Below are positions 1 through 12,357 of a DNA stretch of 64,000 nucleotides, piece after piece (the first letter of the stretch is position 1; every line of letters begins with the position of its first letter). Below the pieces are notes generated by a model. That model searched no databases and had not been told where the DNA came from. It was given only the letters and a program-made list of their open reading frames with translations. The translations under genes and the position numbers were made by a program. This DNA comes from Methanomassiliicoccaceae archaeon (GTDB lineage Archaea > Thermoplasmatota > Thermoplasmata > Methanomassiliicoccales > Methanomassiliicoccaceae). The stretch is from the NCBI GenBank assembly GCA_963728405.1, contig CAVSJV010000005.1:352001-416000 (forward strand), given 5' to 3'.

Positions 1-62
1 CTGCTGGTGGACGGCACCCGTTAGACGGTCCTTAGAAAACCCTTTCCATTATTATTTTCATT

Positions 63-2244
63 TTACTGTATTTTTTTGAGAGCGATGGCGCACTGCCCGC
101 TCGAGATGCCGCCGTCCCCGTTGGGCAGGCGGTCCGGGCAGATAAACTTCAATCCCCGGGCCTCGACCATCTTCTGTACCAGGGATGAAACCACCCCGTT
201 GTAGGAGACACCGCCGGTGAGCCCCACGGCCTTCAGCCCCTTGCTCTCGGCCTCCTCGGCGGCAGCCTCGACCATCGATTCGAGCAAGGCGGCGACATAG
301 GTGAGGGCCAGGTCCTCCCGGGACCCGCTCATCTCGCGCATATGCTGGAACAGCGGCACGGTCTGGATGACCCCGTTCTTTCTATCGGCCACCAGCCCGG
401 GCAACCGACGCCCCCGTTCCAGGGCCGGTTCGAGCTTCATGGCCGGCTCCCCATCATAGGTTCGCTTGCGGCAGATGTCGAAATGGCAGGACAGCGCGTC
501 CAGGATGCGTCCGAAGCTGGTGGTCATCGGACTGGTGGTCATGATCTTGCGGAGCACCGCGGCCTCCTTATCGCTGAAATTTTCTCCCGGCCGTCCGGCC
601 AGCTCGTCCAGGGCGAACACCAGGCGGCGGGGGTCCCGCACGGCCATCTCTCCGCCCAGCAGGGGGATGCCCTGCAGATGGGCGATCCGGTCGAAGGAGT
701 CCAGATCAGCCCGCAACACCTCGCCGCCCCAGGCCTGACCATCGCTGCCGTACCCGGTGCCGTCCAGGGTGAGGGCGATGAGCTCGTCCTGGCCGGACTC
801 GAGCATGAGCGCGGCGGCGTGGGCCCAATGATGCTGCACCTCCACCAGCTGGGCACCTGAGCTGATGGCCAGCTTCTTCCCAAGCTTTCGATTGGTATAT
901 CCAGGGTGCAGATCTATGCCCACCGCCTGCACCTTTTCCACGCCCAGTAGGGTCCGGAAGTAGTCGATGGACGATTCCAGGAACTCGATCACCCGCAGAG
1001 AATCCCCATCCCCTATGTACTGGGTGGTGAACATCCGGCCATCCTTGGCCACCGCACCGCACAGGTTCTCCTGCGCCCCCAGGCCCACGGCCTGGCCCTT
1101 CAGCGGGATATCGATCGACGAGGGGATGTGGCCGCGGGAGCGGCGGACGAAATAAGTACCGTTCGCCAAAGGTCCGTAGTACGGAATCATCGCACCGGTT
1201 GATGATCTCCCGATCATGCATCAGGTAGGCCTCGGCGTTCAGCTCGAGCGCGTCCGAGTCCCGAAGCACCATCGGCTCGCCCGGTATGTTGGCCGAGGTC
1301 ATGACCAAGGCGTCCTCCTTCATGTTGTGGAACAGAAGATGGTGCATGCCCGAGTACGGCAGGAACATACCAATGGTGCTCAGCCCGGGGGAGATGATAT
1401 CGTTGACCGGCAGTCCGCTCTTTCGTACCAGCACCACGGGGCGGTGGGATGAGGCCAGCAGCCTCTCCTCGAAGGCGGTCGGTATGCCGTAATGCCTGGC
1501 CGCATCCATATCCCTGACCATTATGGCGAATGGTTTCTCCTTGCGGTGGTACCAACCCCTCAGTCGGGGTAGGGTCGGCAGTGTGGAACAGATATGCATC
1601 CCGCCCCAGCTCTTGGCCACCCCGATGGAACCGCAGTGCAGGAGGTCGGCGAATCGAGCGATGGGCTCCGCCCCGTCGATATGATTGCCCCCCGCGTCCA
1701 GTAAATAGTAGGATGGTCCGCAGCGGGGGCAGGAGATGGTCTGATGATGGAACCGCCGGTTGGACGGGTCGGCATACTCGTTGCGGCAGTCGGGGTCCAT
1801 GGGGAAGTCCCGCATGGCGGTCTTTTCTCGATCATAGGGCAGGTCGGCGATGACCGTGAACCGTGCTCCGCAGTTCGTGCAGTTGGTGAACGGGTAGAGG
1901 TATCTGCGATCGAGGGGATCGAACAGCTCCCGGAGGCAATCGTCGCAGACCGCCACATCATTGGGGATGCCCACCCCCTTCTGTCCGGCCGAGCTCGGGA
2001 CGATCCGGAATCCTTCTCCGAGAACGTCGCCGCTCTTATCGATCTCGACAGAATCAAGCCGCGCCAGCGGTGGCAACTCGGCCCTGAGGCGTCGAACGAA
2101 CTCCTCCCCGTCCCGATCGACCAGGATCACCACGTTGGAGCCATTGTTCTGCACCGAGCCGCGCAACCCCATCGACGAAGCAATGCGGTGCACGGTGGGG
2201 CGGAAACCCACTCCTTGAACGATCCCATGGATGGTGATCCTCAT
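63..2244 (-). CDS. hypF: Hydrogenase maturation carbamoyltransferase HypF (one apparent +1 frameshift near 1160)
   Basis: ORF 706..2244 has the acylphosphatase start GIVQGVGFRP, zinc fingers (CDDC..CTNCG, CPRCGP) and a YrdC-like part. ORF 63..1217 has DLHPGY, VQHHWAH, DGTGYG..WGGE and PNGDGG. Removing one base at about 1160 restores RTYFVRRSRG. Confidence 0.95.
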
Positions 2245-2336
2245 GACAGCATTCCAACGTCAGGGACTTATAAGTCCTTTTTCCAATAAGGAATATATCG
2301 TTGGTACTAGATGGACCTGCATAAAGAGGAAAGAGA

Positions 2337-2729
2337 ATGGCTGATAAGAGCGTCGTCAAGGACGGGCTAAGGTATACGGTCGATCACGAGTGGGTCAAGG
2401 TCGAGGGTGGCAACGCCCGCATGGGCATCACTGACCATGCCCAGAAGGAGCTGACCGAGATCGTGTTCGTGGAATTGCCCAAGGTCGGGAAGAAGTGCCA
2501 GCGCGGGGACGTACTCGGGCAGGTGGAGAGCGTCAAGACCGTCGCTTCGGTCTATGCTCCGGTGAGCGGCGAAGTTATAGAGGCGAACTCTGAGCTGGAG
2601 AACCAGACCCAGCTGATCAACGAATCGCCATACGAGAGCGGGTGGTTCGCGATCATCAAGATGGACGACCCGTCCGCGGCTGAAAAGCTCCTCGACGCCC
2701 CTGCCTACCGCAAGGTCCTCGGCGAGTAG
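2337..2729 (+). CDS. gcvH: Glycine cleavage H protein / lipoyl carrier
   Basis: YTVDHEWV, GITDHAQKEL, lipoyl-Lys motif VESVKT, INESPYESGW. Confidence 0.95.
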   Translation: MADKSVVKDGLRYTVDHEWVKVEGGNARMGITDHAQKELTEIVFVELPKVGKKCQRGDVLGQVESVKTVASVYAPVSGEVIEANSELENQTQLINESPYESGWFAIIKMDDPSAAEKLLDAPAYRKVLGE

Positions 2730-2730
2730 A

Positions 2731-4080
2731 TCAAATCTTTTTTTCCAAATCCAGCACGATCCCCACGCAGTCGCTTCCCAAGGGAAAGAGCCTCAGTTTG
2801 GTGCCCTTCGACCCTTGGCCGCGAATGGTGATCGGCTCGCCGGTCCTCATGACATTCTCGCAATCTGAGGTCAGCTCGACGCCGAAGCGCTGCCGGAAGC
2901 GGCCTGAGATGTCTTGACCCATGTAGTCCTCGGCCTTGACCTCCATTATCAGCGCTGCCGAGGGGTTCATGATCACCGCCACCACGCTCATGTTCTCGGT
3001 GGGGTAGAGGCACCGGCCCAGGATAAATCCTTCCCGCATGTCCATGACGATATTGCGGTAGAGGTTCGTCAGCGATTCGGCCCGGGACCGCTCGGCGTTC
3101 TCGAACTTCATCTGGTTGTAGTACGAGGCGATAGAGATGGCTGCGCTGGCATGGGACGAGATCGACTCTAGGAGCTTGAGGTGGCCCTCATTGTAGCGGC
3201 CCTTCCGGTTGCTCAGTACTTGGATCACCCCGATGACCTGGTTCTCGTGCTTGAGGGGGGCGATAACGGCCGAGCGGGTCGACATACCGCCCTCATCGGG
3301 GGTCTTGTTGCTGATTTCGCCATCGTCACTGATGTAGTAGTTGGAACGGGCGGTCTGGATGCTCTTGACGTAGTCATCGATGAGCAGAGGCTTCCCCGAG
3401 CGGATAACCCTGGACTGTATCCCCATGCCCTCATCCTCCAGGGGGATCGGCGGCAACTCGGACACGTCCAGGGCGTTCGCCCCGGTCCAGAAGTGCCGGC
3501 AGGTGATGGCTTTGTCCCGAGGCGAGTAGGAGGAGACGATCATACCGTCGCAGTCCATGACCGTCGATAGGAAGTTGCGCATGGTCCGGTAAATGGTGTC
3601 CAGGTCCAAGGTCGCGTAAAGTTGTTGGCTGGCGTGATACAGCATCTCCAGCTGCTCCTCGCGGGTGGTGACCATCCGCTCCGCCTCGGTGCGCTTGTGC
3701 AGCTGCATCACAATGTTGCGCAGTTCCTTGAACTGGACGATGGGGTCCCCTCCCTTCTGGAGGTAGAAATCGGCACCGTTGTTAAGGGCCTGGATGGCGA
3801 CATCCTCGCGGCCCTTGCCGGTGAACAGGATGAACGGGACAGCGTCCCCCCTCGCTCTAACGGCCTTGAGGAAGGAAAGGCCGTCCATGGTGGGCATCTG
3901 GTAGTCGGAGATGATGACGTCGAAGCGCTGCTTGGTCAGATTCCCCAGCGCCTTCTGGGCATCCTCCGAGATCTCCACGATAATTCCCCCCTCCATCTGG
4001 AGGAACTCTCTGGTCACCTCCAGCAAGCCGGGCTCATCGTCCACGTAGAGAACCCTGACCACCTCGCACCCGTCCATCAT
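2731..4080 (-). CDS. Response-regulator receiver + GAF + PAS-like signalling protein, with no kinase or DNA-binding output
   Basis: VLYVDDE, SDYQMP, FTGKG, NNGADFYLQKG, followed by a GAF domain (SAVIAPL..VIGVI). Confidence 0.85.
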   Translation of the reverse strand: MMDGCEVVRVLYVDDEPGLLEVTREFLQMEGGIIVEISEDAQKALGNLTKQRFDVIISDYQMPTMDGLSFLKAVRARGDAVPFILFTGKGREDVAIQALNNGADFYLQKGGDPIVQFKELRNIVMQLHKRTEAERMVTTREEQLEMLYHASQQLYATLDLDTIYRTMRNFLSTVMDCDGMIVSSYSPRDKAITCRHFWTGANALDVSELPPIPLEDEGMGIQSRVIRSGKPLLIDDYVKSIQTARSNYYISDDGEISNKTPDEGGMSTRSAVIAPLKHENQVIGVIQVLSNRKGRYNEGHLKLLESISSHASAAISIASYYNQMKFENAERSRAESLTNLYRNIVMDMREGFILGRCLYPTENMSVVAVIMNPSAALIMEVKAEDYMGQDISGRFRQRFGVELTSDCENVMRTGEPITIRGQGSKGTKLRLFPLGSDCVGIVLDLEKKI

Positions 4081-4153
4081 CGCTTACCGTGCGGAAGGGC
4101 GGATGGCCAGCTATAATCCTTTGGACACGATTATTTGCCGATGGGGTCAGGCC

Positions 4154-4939
4154 CTAGATCCCCGCATCCTTCAGCGTGTGGGGACAGGGGCACTTCTTCC
4201 TCGCCTCCGGTATCTTAGGAAGAGCGGCGGAAATGAGCTTGCGAACCTTCTCCACGTTGTCGGCCATGACCCTGAGCACCGTGGCGACATCGACCGGCTC
4301 CTCGGCCCATACATCATAGTCGGTTATAGTGGCGAGGGAGGTGTAGCACATATCCAGTTCTCTGGCCAGTTGGCACTCCGGAACGAGGGTCATGCCGATG
4401 ATGTCGGCGAACTGACGGAACATCTTGGACTCGGCGCGGGTGGAGAACCTCGGTCCCTCGATGCAGATATAGGTACCGCCGACATGATGCGGAAGCTTCA
4501 GACGCTTCGCCTCCTTGGCGAAAAGGGCGTTGAGCTCCGAGCAGAACGGGTCGGCCACGGAGATATGGACCGTCTTGGCACCATCATAGAATGTGAGGTC
4601 CCGGCGCTTGGTGAAATCGATGAACTGGTCTACGATCACCAGTTCCCCTGGCTTATACTCCTCTTTGAGCGAGCCGACCGCGCAAGGAGAGATGATCCTC
4701 TCCACGCCTAGCTGCTTGAGCGCCCAGATGTTCGCCCGATAGTTCACCTTGTGAGGTGGGTAGATATGACCGCTGCCGTGGCGGGATAGGAAGGCGACCT
4801 CCACACCGTCGATCTTTCCGACCTGGATGGCATCGGACGGCGCCCCGTAGGGCGTGGACATGGTGACCTTCTCCTTGAGGTCGAACATTTGGGGGTCATA
4901 TACGCCGGTTCCACCGATGATTCCAATTCGGAGTGCCAT
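4154..4939 (-). CDS. mtnP: S-methyl-5'-thioadenosine (or -inosine) phosphorylase
   Basis: [45 protein letters not shown] at 4939. Confidence 0.93.
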   Translation of the reverse strand: MALRIGIIGGTGVYDPQMFDLKEKVTMSTPYGAPSDAIQVGKIDGVEVAFLSRHGSGHIYPPHKVNYRANIWALKQLGVERIISPCAVGSLKEEYKPGELVIVDQFIDFTKRRDLTFYDGAKTVHISVADPFCSELNALFAKEAKRLKLPHHVGGTYICIEGPRFSTRAESKMFRQFADIIGMTLVPECQLARELDMCYTSLATITDYDVWAEEPVDVATVLRVMADNVEKVRKLISAALPKIPEARKKCPCPHTLKDAGI

Positions 4940-5043
4940 AGGGCGGGGATATTTCCACAGCATAATTATAATTGATGCCGTCCCCGACGAACGAAAGAAG
5001 CGAGGCTTTTTTATTGCGGCCCAATATCCAAGTCCTGAAGAGC

Positions 5044-5565
5044 ATGGCAGCGAAAACAGAGATGAACCCGGTCCGGGGTATCAGGACCTTCCCCGCCTTC
5101 CCCGTAGTATTGGCGGTCGTTGGCAAGGAAGAGAAGAATATTATCACCATCGCGTTGGTCCATGTGTTCTCGTTCAATCCCCCCCTCGTGGGGATCGGGG
5201 TCTCGCCATCTCGCTACAGCCATGAGCTGCTTCATCGTTCTCCTGATTTCAGCATTAACATCCCATCCAAGGATCTGGTCGAGGAGACCATCTTCTGCGG
5301 AGAGATGTCCGGCAAGGACTACGACAAGTTCGAGGAGACCGGATTGACGGCCATCCCGGGAAAGCACATCGGCACCCCGGTCATCGCCGAGTGCATCGTG
5401 AACCTGGAATGCAAGAAGGTCCAGGTGTTCGACACTGGCGACCACACTTGGTTCATCGGTGAGGTGGTGTGCGCCCAGACGGTCGAGAACTATGACCGGG
5501 AGAGGGCGTTGATCTATTGGGCCGGGGAGTTCCGAACTCTCGGGGAGATCATCCGGGGACGTTGA
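5044..5565 (+). CDS. Flavin reductase-like (flavoredoxin/DIM6-NTAB) protein
   Basis: [18 protein letters not shown]...[16 protein letters not shown]. Confidence 0.85.
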   Translation: MAAKTEMNPVRGIRTFPAFPVVLAVVGKEEKNIITIALVHVFSFNPPLVGIGVSPSRYSHELLHRSPDFSINIPSKDLVEETIFCGEMSGKDYDKFEETGLTAIPGKHIGTPVIAECIVNLECKKVQVFDTGDHTWFIGEVVCAQTVENYDRERALIYWAGEFRTLGEIIRGR

Positions 5566-5872
5566 TGCGTTAACGAAGGATGCCATGGAGTAATGGTAGC
5601 AATGTTGCTAGTGACCCCAGTCCAAGTTCTGAGTGAATACTCATACAATTCCATTTTTATCAGCTCAGTAGCACCTGGAGCTCACTGAGATAACGGAATG
5701 AAGATCAAACTCCATTGTTATCATCGTTGAATATTACTTCATTCTCCATTATATAATTACATTAATATCAACACCCAAATGGGCCGAGCCATGATATTCC
5801 CCGATGCTCGATTGTTACTGGGTCATTCCGTGGTAACGGCCTCTTGATTTGTAATTCAACAAATCCTCGACG

Positions 5873-8800
5873 GTGATTGATGTGAAGAGAATCCTCGTGG
5901 GCGTCCTGACTTTGATGCTAATGATTGCCGGATTGGCTCTAATGAGCGAAAATTCTGAGGCTGGAGCTACTGGCACTCCAGGTGCACCATCTGGCACTCC
6001 TGGCGTGGGTACGATCCAGTTGACCTGGGCTGCGGCACCTGGATCACCAAGCTATTATTTTGTCCATGGTGCGGCTACCTCGGGGGGTGCTCCAACCTAT
6101 AATGGGGCTGGAATCACTGGATTGTCTTGGCGGGTGGAAGGCCTTTCTCCAGGTGATGTGATGTATTTTTACATCTCCGCATGGTACCAGAACGAGCCTG
6201 GAAGTCCCTGGATAGATGGTCCATGGTCTGGTCCGCTATCTCCATTAAGCACCCCAAGCGCCCCCCAGAACCTTCAAGCGGTTGCTGACAGCGATTCCAT
6301 TGCTCTCACCTGGAACGCCCCGGCCTCCACTGGAGGGGGAAATCTCAACAATTACTACATCTATCGTTCCACCACCTCCGGTGCCGAGACCCAGATCTCT
6401 TCGGTCTCAGGGGCCACGCTTACCTATGATGACTTCAACGTTGTGAGCGGTCAGACCTACTATTACAAGGTGGCCGCCTACAACGGCTACACTAGCCCCT
6501 TGACTGTCGAAGTCACTGCAACCACCCCATGTACTGCTCCAACTGCCCCTAATTGGCCCAATTGGATTCGTGGAGACGGATCGATCACATTGAGCTGGTC
6601 TAACCCCACATCCAATGGGGGTTCAGCAATCACGGACTATCTGATATTCAGGTCAACGACTTCTGGAGCAGAGGTTTTACTGGGTTCGACAGGTGGAGAC
6701 AACACTACCTATGATGACCACAGCGCCGAGTATGGTAACACATATTACTATGTTATCAGAGCGGTCAATTCTGTAGGTGAGAGTGCGAACAGCACAGAAG
6801 TAACCGCATCGTACTTACCACCTGCCAGTGCCCCTCTGGACCTGCAGCTCATTGTGGAGGACGAGCATATCCGGCTCGATTGGCAGGCGCCGATCGATGA
6901 CGGCGGGTCGGCAATCTGGGGATATATAATCTACCGCTCCAACACCACAACCGACTTCGGTGTGGAGGATTGGATGGATTATGTAGAAGCCCCCCAGCTG
7001 TTCTATTTAGACACATCGGTCGTCGAGAACGAGACTTACAACTATCGGGTCGCTGCGTACACTGATGCCGAGTACGGCGCTTTCTCCGAGCCACAAACCA
7101 TCACCTTCGGTGCGCGTCCCTCCGAGCCGTTCAACATTGCCGCCAACGCTAACGGTCACGGCAGCCTGAGCATATCGTGGCAGGCCCCCAACTCCACTGG
7201 CGGCAGGGCTCTCGCCAGTTATATCCTATATTGGGGTACTGAAGAAGGGGTCTACTCCGACTCCATGTCGCTCGGCGTGATTACCTCCTACTCCATCGGA
7301 GGCTTGGAGGACAACACCACGTATTACATCACCGTGGCCGCCGTGACCGCATGTGGTCCGGGCCCTAGGGGCACCCCGGCTGTCGCCACGACCGCCGACA
7401 GTGCCCGGTGCCCCCGAGGACCCGATCCCTATGACCGGGGACTCGCAGGCGACCCTGAGCTGGTCCCCGCCCGCCAACAACGGTGGCTCGGGCATCATCA
7501 TGTACAAGATCTACCGCAGCACCGCGTCAGGAGAGGAGTCCTTCCTGGCCAACTGTGGCTCCAACTGCACCTGGATAGACACCAATCTGGTGAACGGGCA
7601 GACCTATTACTATCAGATCTCCGCGGTGAACGCCGTGGGCGAGGGATTTCATTGTGACGAGGTATACATCGTCCCGGCCCGCTCCCCGACGAACCCCACC
7701 ACGCTTCGCGCCACCGGGGGCCTCTTGAACATCACCGTCATCTGGAACGCCCCGACCGACATGGGCGGAGGCATCACCGGATATGATCTGTACAGAGGCA
7801 CCACCGACGATGTCCTGGACATGGACCTTCTGGTGAACCTCGGCAACGTCACCAGCTACGTTGACACGGTGGCCAAGGGAGCCACCTGGTATTATCGGGT
7901 CGTGGCCCACAACTGGGCCGGCTACAGCGGCTACTCCAACTCGTGGCAGGCCACGTCCTACACCGATCCGGCACCGGTCAACGGGCTCGCCGCCACCGCC
8001 TACGTGGGATACGTTCACCTGACCTGGTCATCGCCCTCGCCGGGTGACCCGCCTATGCTGGGCTTCCGGATCTACCGTTCGACCATCAGCGGCGAAGAGA
8101 CCCCATTGGTAGAGAAATTGATCTTGCCGACGGCTGGCCCCATGGGCATGGGCTACTCGTATGATGACACGAACGTCATCAACGGAACGCTGTACTATTA
8201 CAAGATAACCCAGTTCAACATCGTTTACGAGAGCCCCCTGTCCGGTGAGGTCTCGGCCACACCGATCGGGGTGCCGTTCGCACCCGTGATGACCGGCGCC
8301 ACCGGAAGCGTAGGGGCGGCGACCGTAGCATGGATGACCCCCGCCGACGGCGGCAGCGAGATCACTGGCTACGTGCTCTACTGGGGCACCGATCCGGACG
8401 AGTTGACCAGCTCCGCCTACCTCGGGGTCATCAACACCTATACCGTCGAAGGGCTGGCCGACAACGCGACCTACTACTTCGCCGTGGCCGCCGAGAACGT
8501 TGAGGGTGAGGGAGCCTTGAGCAACGTCTCCACCGCCACCACCTTCGCGGTGCCGGGAATGCCGGAGTTCACCTCCTGCACCAGAGGCGACAGCGTCGTC
8601 CATCTGGCCTGGAACGCCCCATCAAATGGTGGGAGCGCCATCCTCGGCTACACACTGTACCGCAGCGAGGACATCGGCTCGATAATGATCTTCAAGAACC
8701 TGGGGCCAGTGACGTCCTACGACGACACCGAGGTCGTCAACGGAACCCAGTACTATTACTGGATCGCGGCCAACAACGACGTGGGTGACGGGCCGCTCAG

Positions 8801-11800
8801 CGAGCCGGCGAGCGCCACCCCACTCGGCCTCCCGTCCGCGCCGGACAACTTGGTGGTAAGCGTCATCGATGGCGGGTCGGTCCAGCTGTCGTGGAACGCC
8901 CCGGCCTGGAACAACTTCGAGATGGTCAGGTATGTCATATATCGCTCGACCGTCCCGGGAGAAGAGGTCCTGGTCGGAGACACCACCGAACTGGATTACA
9001 CCGATGGCGATCTAGTCCTCAACACCACCTACTGCTACAAAGTGAGGGCGCTCAACGCCGTGGGCCCCGGCCCGCTTTCGGGCGAGGTCTCCAACACCAC
9101 GATCGGCGTCCCGAGCGCGCCGGTCATCACTGGCGTCGTCTCCGGCGATGGGTTCGTCAACCTGACCTGGAGCGCCTCCACCTTTGACGGCCACCGGGCC
9201 ATCGAAGGCTACTACGTCCGGTACGGCACTAACCCCGAATTCTTCGAGAGCACCTACCTAGCCAGTATGGACCTGTACTACAACGCCACTGGCCTGGCTA
9301 ACGGCACGACCTACTTCTTCGCGGTCTACGCGACCAACGGCATCTACGAGAGCGAGGATTCCGTCACGGTCAGCGCTGTCCCCAAGACGCTGCCATCCGC
9401 ACCGGCGATCATCAACTCGTCGACCGGGGTGCGCACCATCTGCCTCAACTGGACCGCGCCGTACGACGGCGGTGACGCTCTGACTGGCTATGACCTCTAC
9501 TATGGTATGACCGAGGCCGACTATACCGACGTCGTGCACCTCGGGGTGGTCAACAGCTATACCCTGACCGGCCTGGCCGACAGCACCAAGTACTACTTCG
9601 CGGTGTGCGCCAAGAACGGTGTCGGCGACGGCCCGTTATCCGGCGAGCGCAACGGGACCACCTACGCCCCCCCGACCGCTCCGGTGGCCTTCATCGCCTC
9701 TGATGACGGTTGCCTGAATGTCTCGTGGACGACCCCTGACTCCAGCGCCGCCATCGATGGCTACTACCTGTACCGGGGAGCGATCTCGGGCGAACTAGCT
9801 CTCTACCAGACCCTGGGCGCGGTGAACTTCTACAACGACACCGATGTCTCCAACGGGCAGGCGTATTTCTATCAGGTACGGGCGTTCAGCGCGGCGGGGG
9901 ACGGTGCCCTCAGCAGCGAGGTCATCGCCATCCCGGCGAGGGCGCCGACCCAGCCATTGGACCTGATCACCGATGGTGGCATCGAGGTCATCTACCTGAA
10001 CTGGTCCGCACCGGCGGACATGGGCGGCGGCGTGCTGAACTACACCGTGTACCGTGGCCCCACCACTGGAGAGATGGAACCGATCGTCATGATAGGGAAC
10101 GTAACGTCCTATATCGATAGCGATGTCATCGTCGGGGTGACATATTACTACGGCATCGTCGCATCGAACTGGGCCGGCACCGGACCGGCCTCGGAGATCG
10201 CATCTGAATCGACCATCTATCCGCCATCGCCCCCGACCTTCCTAACGGCCACGGCCCATGTCGACTATGTCCACCTGACCTGGGCAGTACCCTCACCGGG
10301 CAACTCCCCCCTGTTAGGTTTCCGCATATACCGCTCTACCACGAGCGGGGAGGAGACCTTGCTGATCGAGATACTGATGCCGCCGACCCACGGCCCGATG
10401 GGCATGGGCTATTCCTATGATGAAACGAACGTCGTCAACGGCACTCTTTACTACTACAAGGTCACCGCGTTCAACCGCGGTTACGAGAGCGATCTTTCGA
10501 GCGAGGTCTCGGCCAGGCCGTACAACGTGCCGACCGAGCCGACCGAAGTGGTCATCACCGGCGGCCTCAGGAACGTGACCGTCTCGTGGTCCGCACCGGC
10601 CAGCGATAATGGCGCGGCGGTCACCGGGTACGTCGTGTTCCTGTGCAACGCCACCGGCGGCGAGGTCCAGACCATCAACGCCGGACTGGTGTACTCGTAC
10701 ACCTTCGAGGGCCTAAGGAATGGAACGCAGTACTTCACCGTGGTCCGGGCGGTCAACGCGGCCGGTAATGGCGAGGGGGCGGTGGCCAACGCCACCACCT
10801 TCGCCGCGCCTGGTGCGCCGGTAGCGGACCAATCCTCGGGTGACGGTTGGATTAACATCACCTGGGCCTCGCCCGCCTCGGACTCGCCCGTCCTCGGTTA
10901 CTACCTGTACCGGGGAACCACTTCGGGCGTCCTGACGCTGTTCCAGACCCTCGGTCCCGTCGTCTACTTCAACGACACTGAAGCGGTCAATGGACAAACG
11001 TACTACTGCCAGGTCCAGGCCTTCAGCGCGGCGGGGGACGGAAACCTCAGCAACGAGGTCTCGGCCATCCCGTCCCGGGCCCCCGACGCCCCGACCGGCC
11101 TGGAGGCCGTGAGAGGCGACGGTCAGGTCTCGCTGTCCTGGACCGCGCCGGAGCATGACGGCGGTTCGGCCATCATCGGCTACGCCATCTACGTCGGCAC
11201 CACCAGCGGCACGGAGGTTTACTATGCCACGGCCGCCGAAACGTCCTGCGTGGTCGACGGTCTGACCAATGGTCAGACCTATTACTTCCAGGTGGCCGCG
11301 GTCAACGTCCGCGGCAACGGGACGATGAGCCCCGAGATCTCGGCGGTCCCGGCCACCGTTCCCGGTGCTCCGACCTACCTCGGCGCCACCGCCGGGACAG
11401 ACGAGGTGGAACTGAACTGGACCGCACCCAGCGACGGAGGCGCCCCCATAACGGGCTACATCGTGTACCGCCTCTCCACTGGCATGGAGATCGCGATCAC
11501 TACCACCGGGACGTCGTTGGTTGACGACACCGTGGTCCGCGGTCACACCTACTCCTACCGGGTCGTAGCGGTGAACGCGGTCGGCCCTGGTCCCAGCTCG
11601 AACAGCACTGGGAACATGGTCCCGGCGGCCGTTCCCGGACAGCCTACCGGCCTGGAGGCCGTGGCGGCGGTCGGAACGGTCACTCTATCTTGGTCGACAC
11701 CGGCCGACGACGGCGGCCTGCCCGTCATCGCGTACAACGTTTACCGCGGAACAAGCCTGGGCACCATGGTCAAGCTCGCTACCACCGCCTCGCTCGCCTA

Positions 11801-12300
11801 CGTGGACGAGAACGGCACAGCGGGCACCTCCTACGTCTACGGGGTCTCCGTGGTCAACGCCAAGGGAGGGGGAGAGGTGGCCTCGGTGACCTCAGCGTCG
11901 CTGTGGCCGCCTCCCGCCCCCACCGATTCTGCAGGTCGTTCGCGAGGGAAGCAGCGCCGTGCTCACCTGGACCATGCCTGAGGGCAACGCTACGAGCGGC
12001 ACCGTGACCGGCTTTGCAATCTACCGTGGCAGTGACGGCAACGAGGTCCTCATCGGGTACGCCAACTCCAGCGATGCGACCAGCTTTACCGACACCGACG
12101 CCCCTACCGGGGAGACGACCTACCGCGTGGCCGCCCTGAACGGGACATGTGGCGGGAGGTTCATCGATGAGCTCCCCGGCCAGCCTGGTGGCCGAGGCTT
12201 CCAGCCTGGGCGCGCTGTTCCCGTGGGTGGTGTTCGGGGTGATCGGAGCGATCCTGGTGCTGTTCGTAGTGATCGGGAGGAGTAAGAAGGTACCGGGACC
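5873..12300 (+). CDS. Giant fibronectin type III repeat cell-surface protein (about 22 FN3 domains, signal peptide, C-terminal TM anchor); apparent frameshifts near 7400, 11928 and 12148; exact stop uncertain
   Basis: Four consecutive ORFs join by single-base removal. There are 22 repeats of P.AP..L...L.W..P...GY.IYR...YYY.V.A.N..G, a hydrophobic N-terminus, and a C-terminal LFPWVVFGVIGAILVLFVVIGRSKK. Confidence 0.9.
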
Positions 12301-12307
12301 CCTAAAC

Positions 12308-12330
12308 CCCTTCCATTTTCCTTTTTTTAG
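12308..12330 (+). terminator. Pyrimidine/oligo-T tract, probable archaeal terminator after the FN3 gene
   Basis: cccttccattttcctttttttag lies between convergent genes. Confidence 0.5.
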
Positions 12331-12357
12331 AACGAGCTCTGGCCCGGTCCAAAGTGG

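Noticed and set aside
5873-12300. FN3 repeats as a diversity-generating retroelement target or CRISPR-like array
   Set aside because: No reverse transcriptase, no TR/VR pair differing at adenines and no identical spaced repeats were found; the similarity is at protein-domain level.
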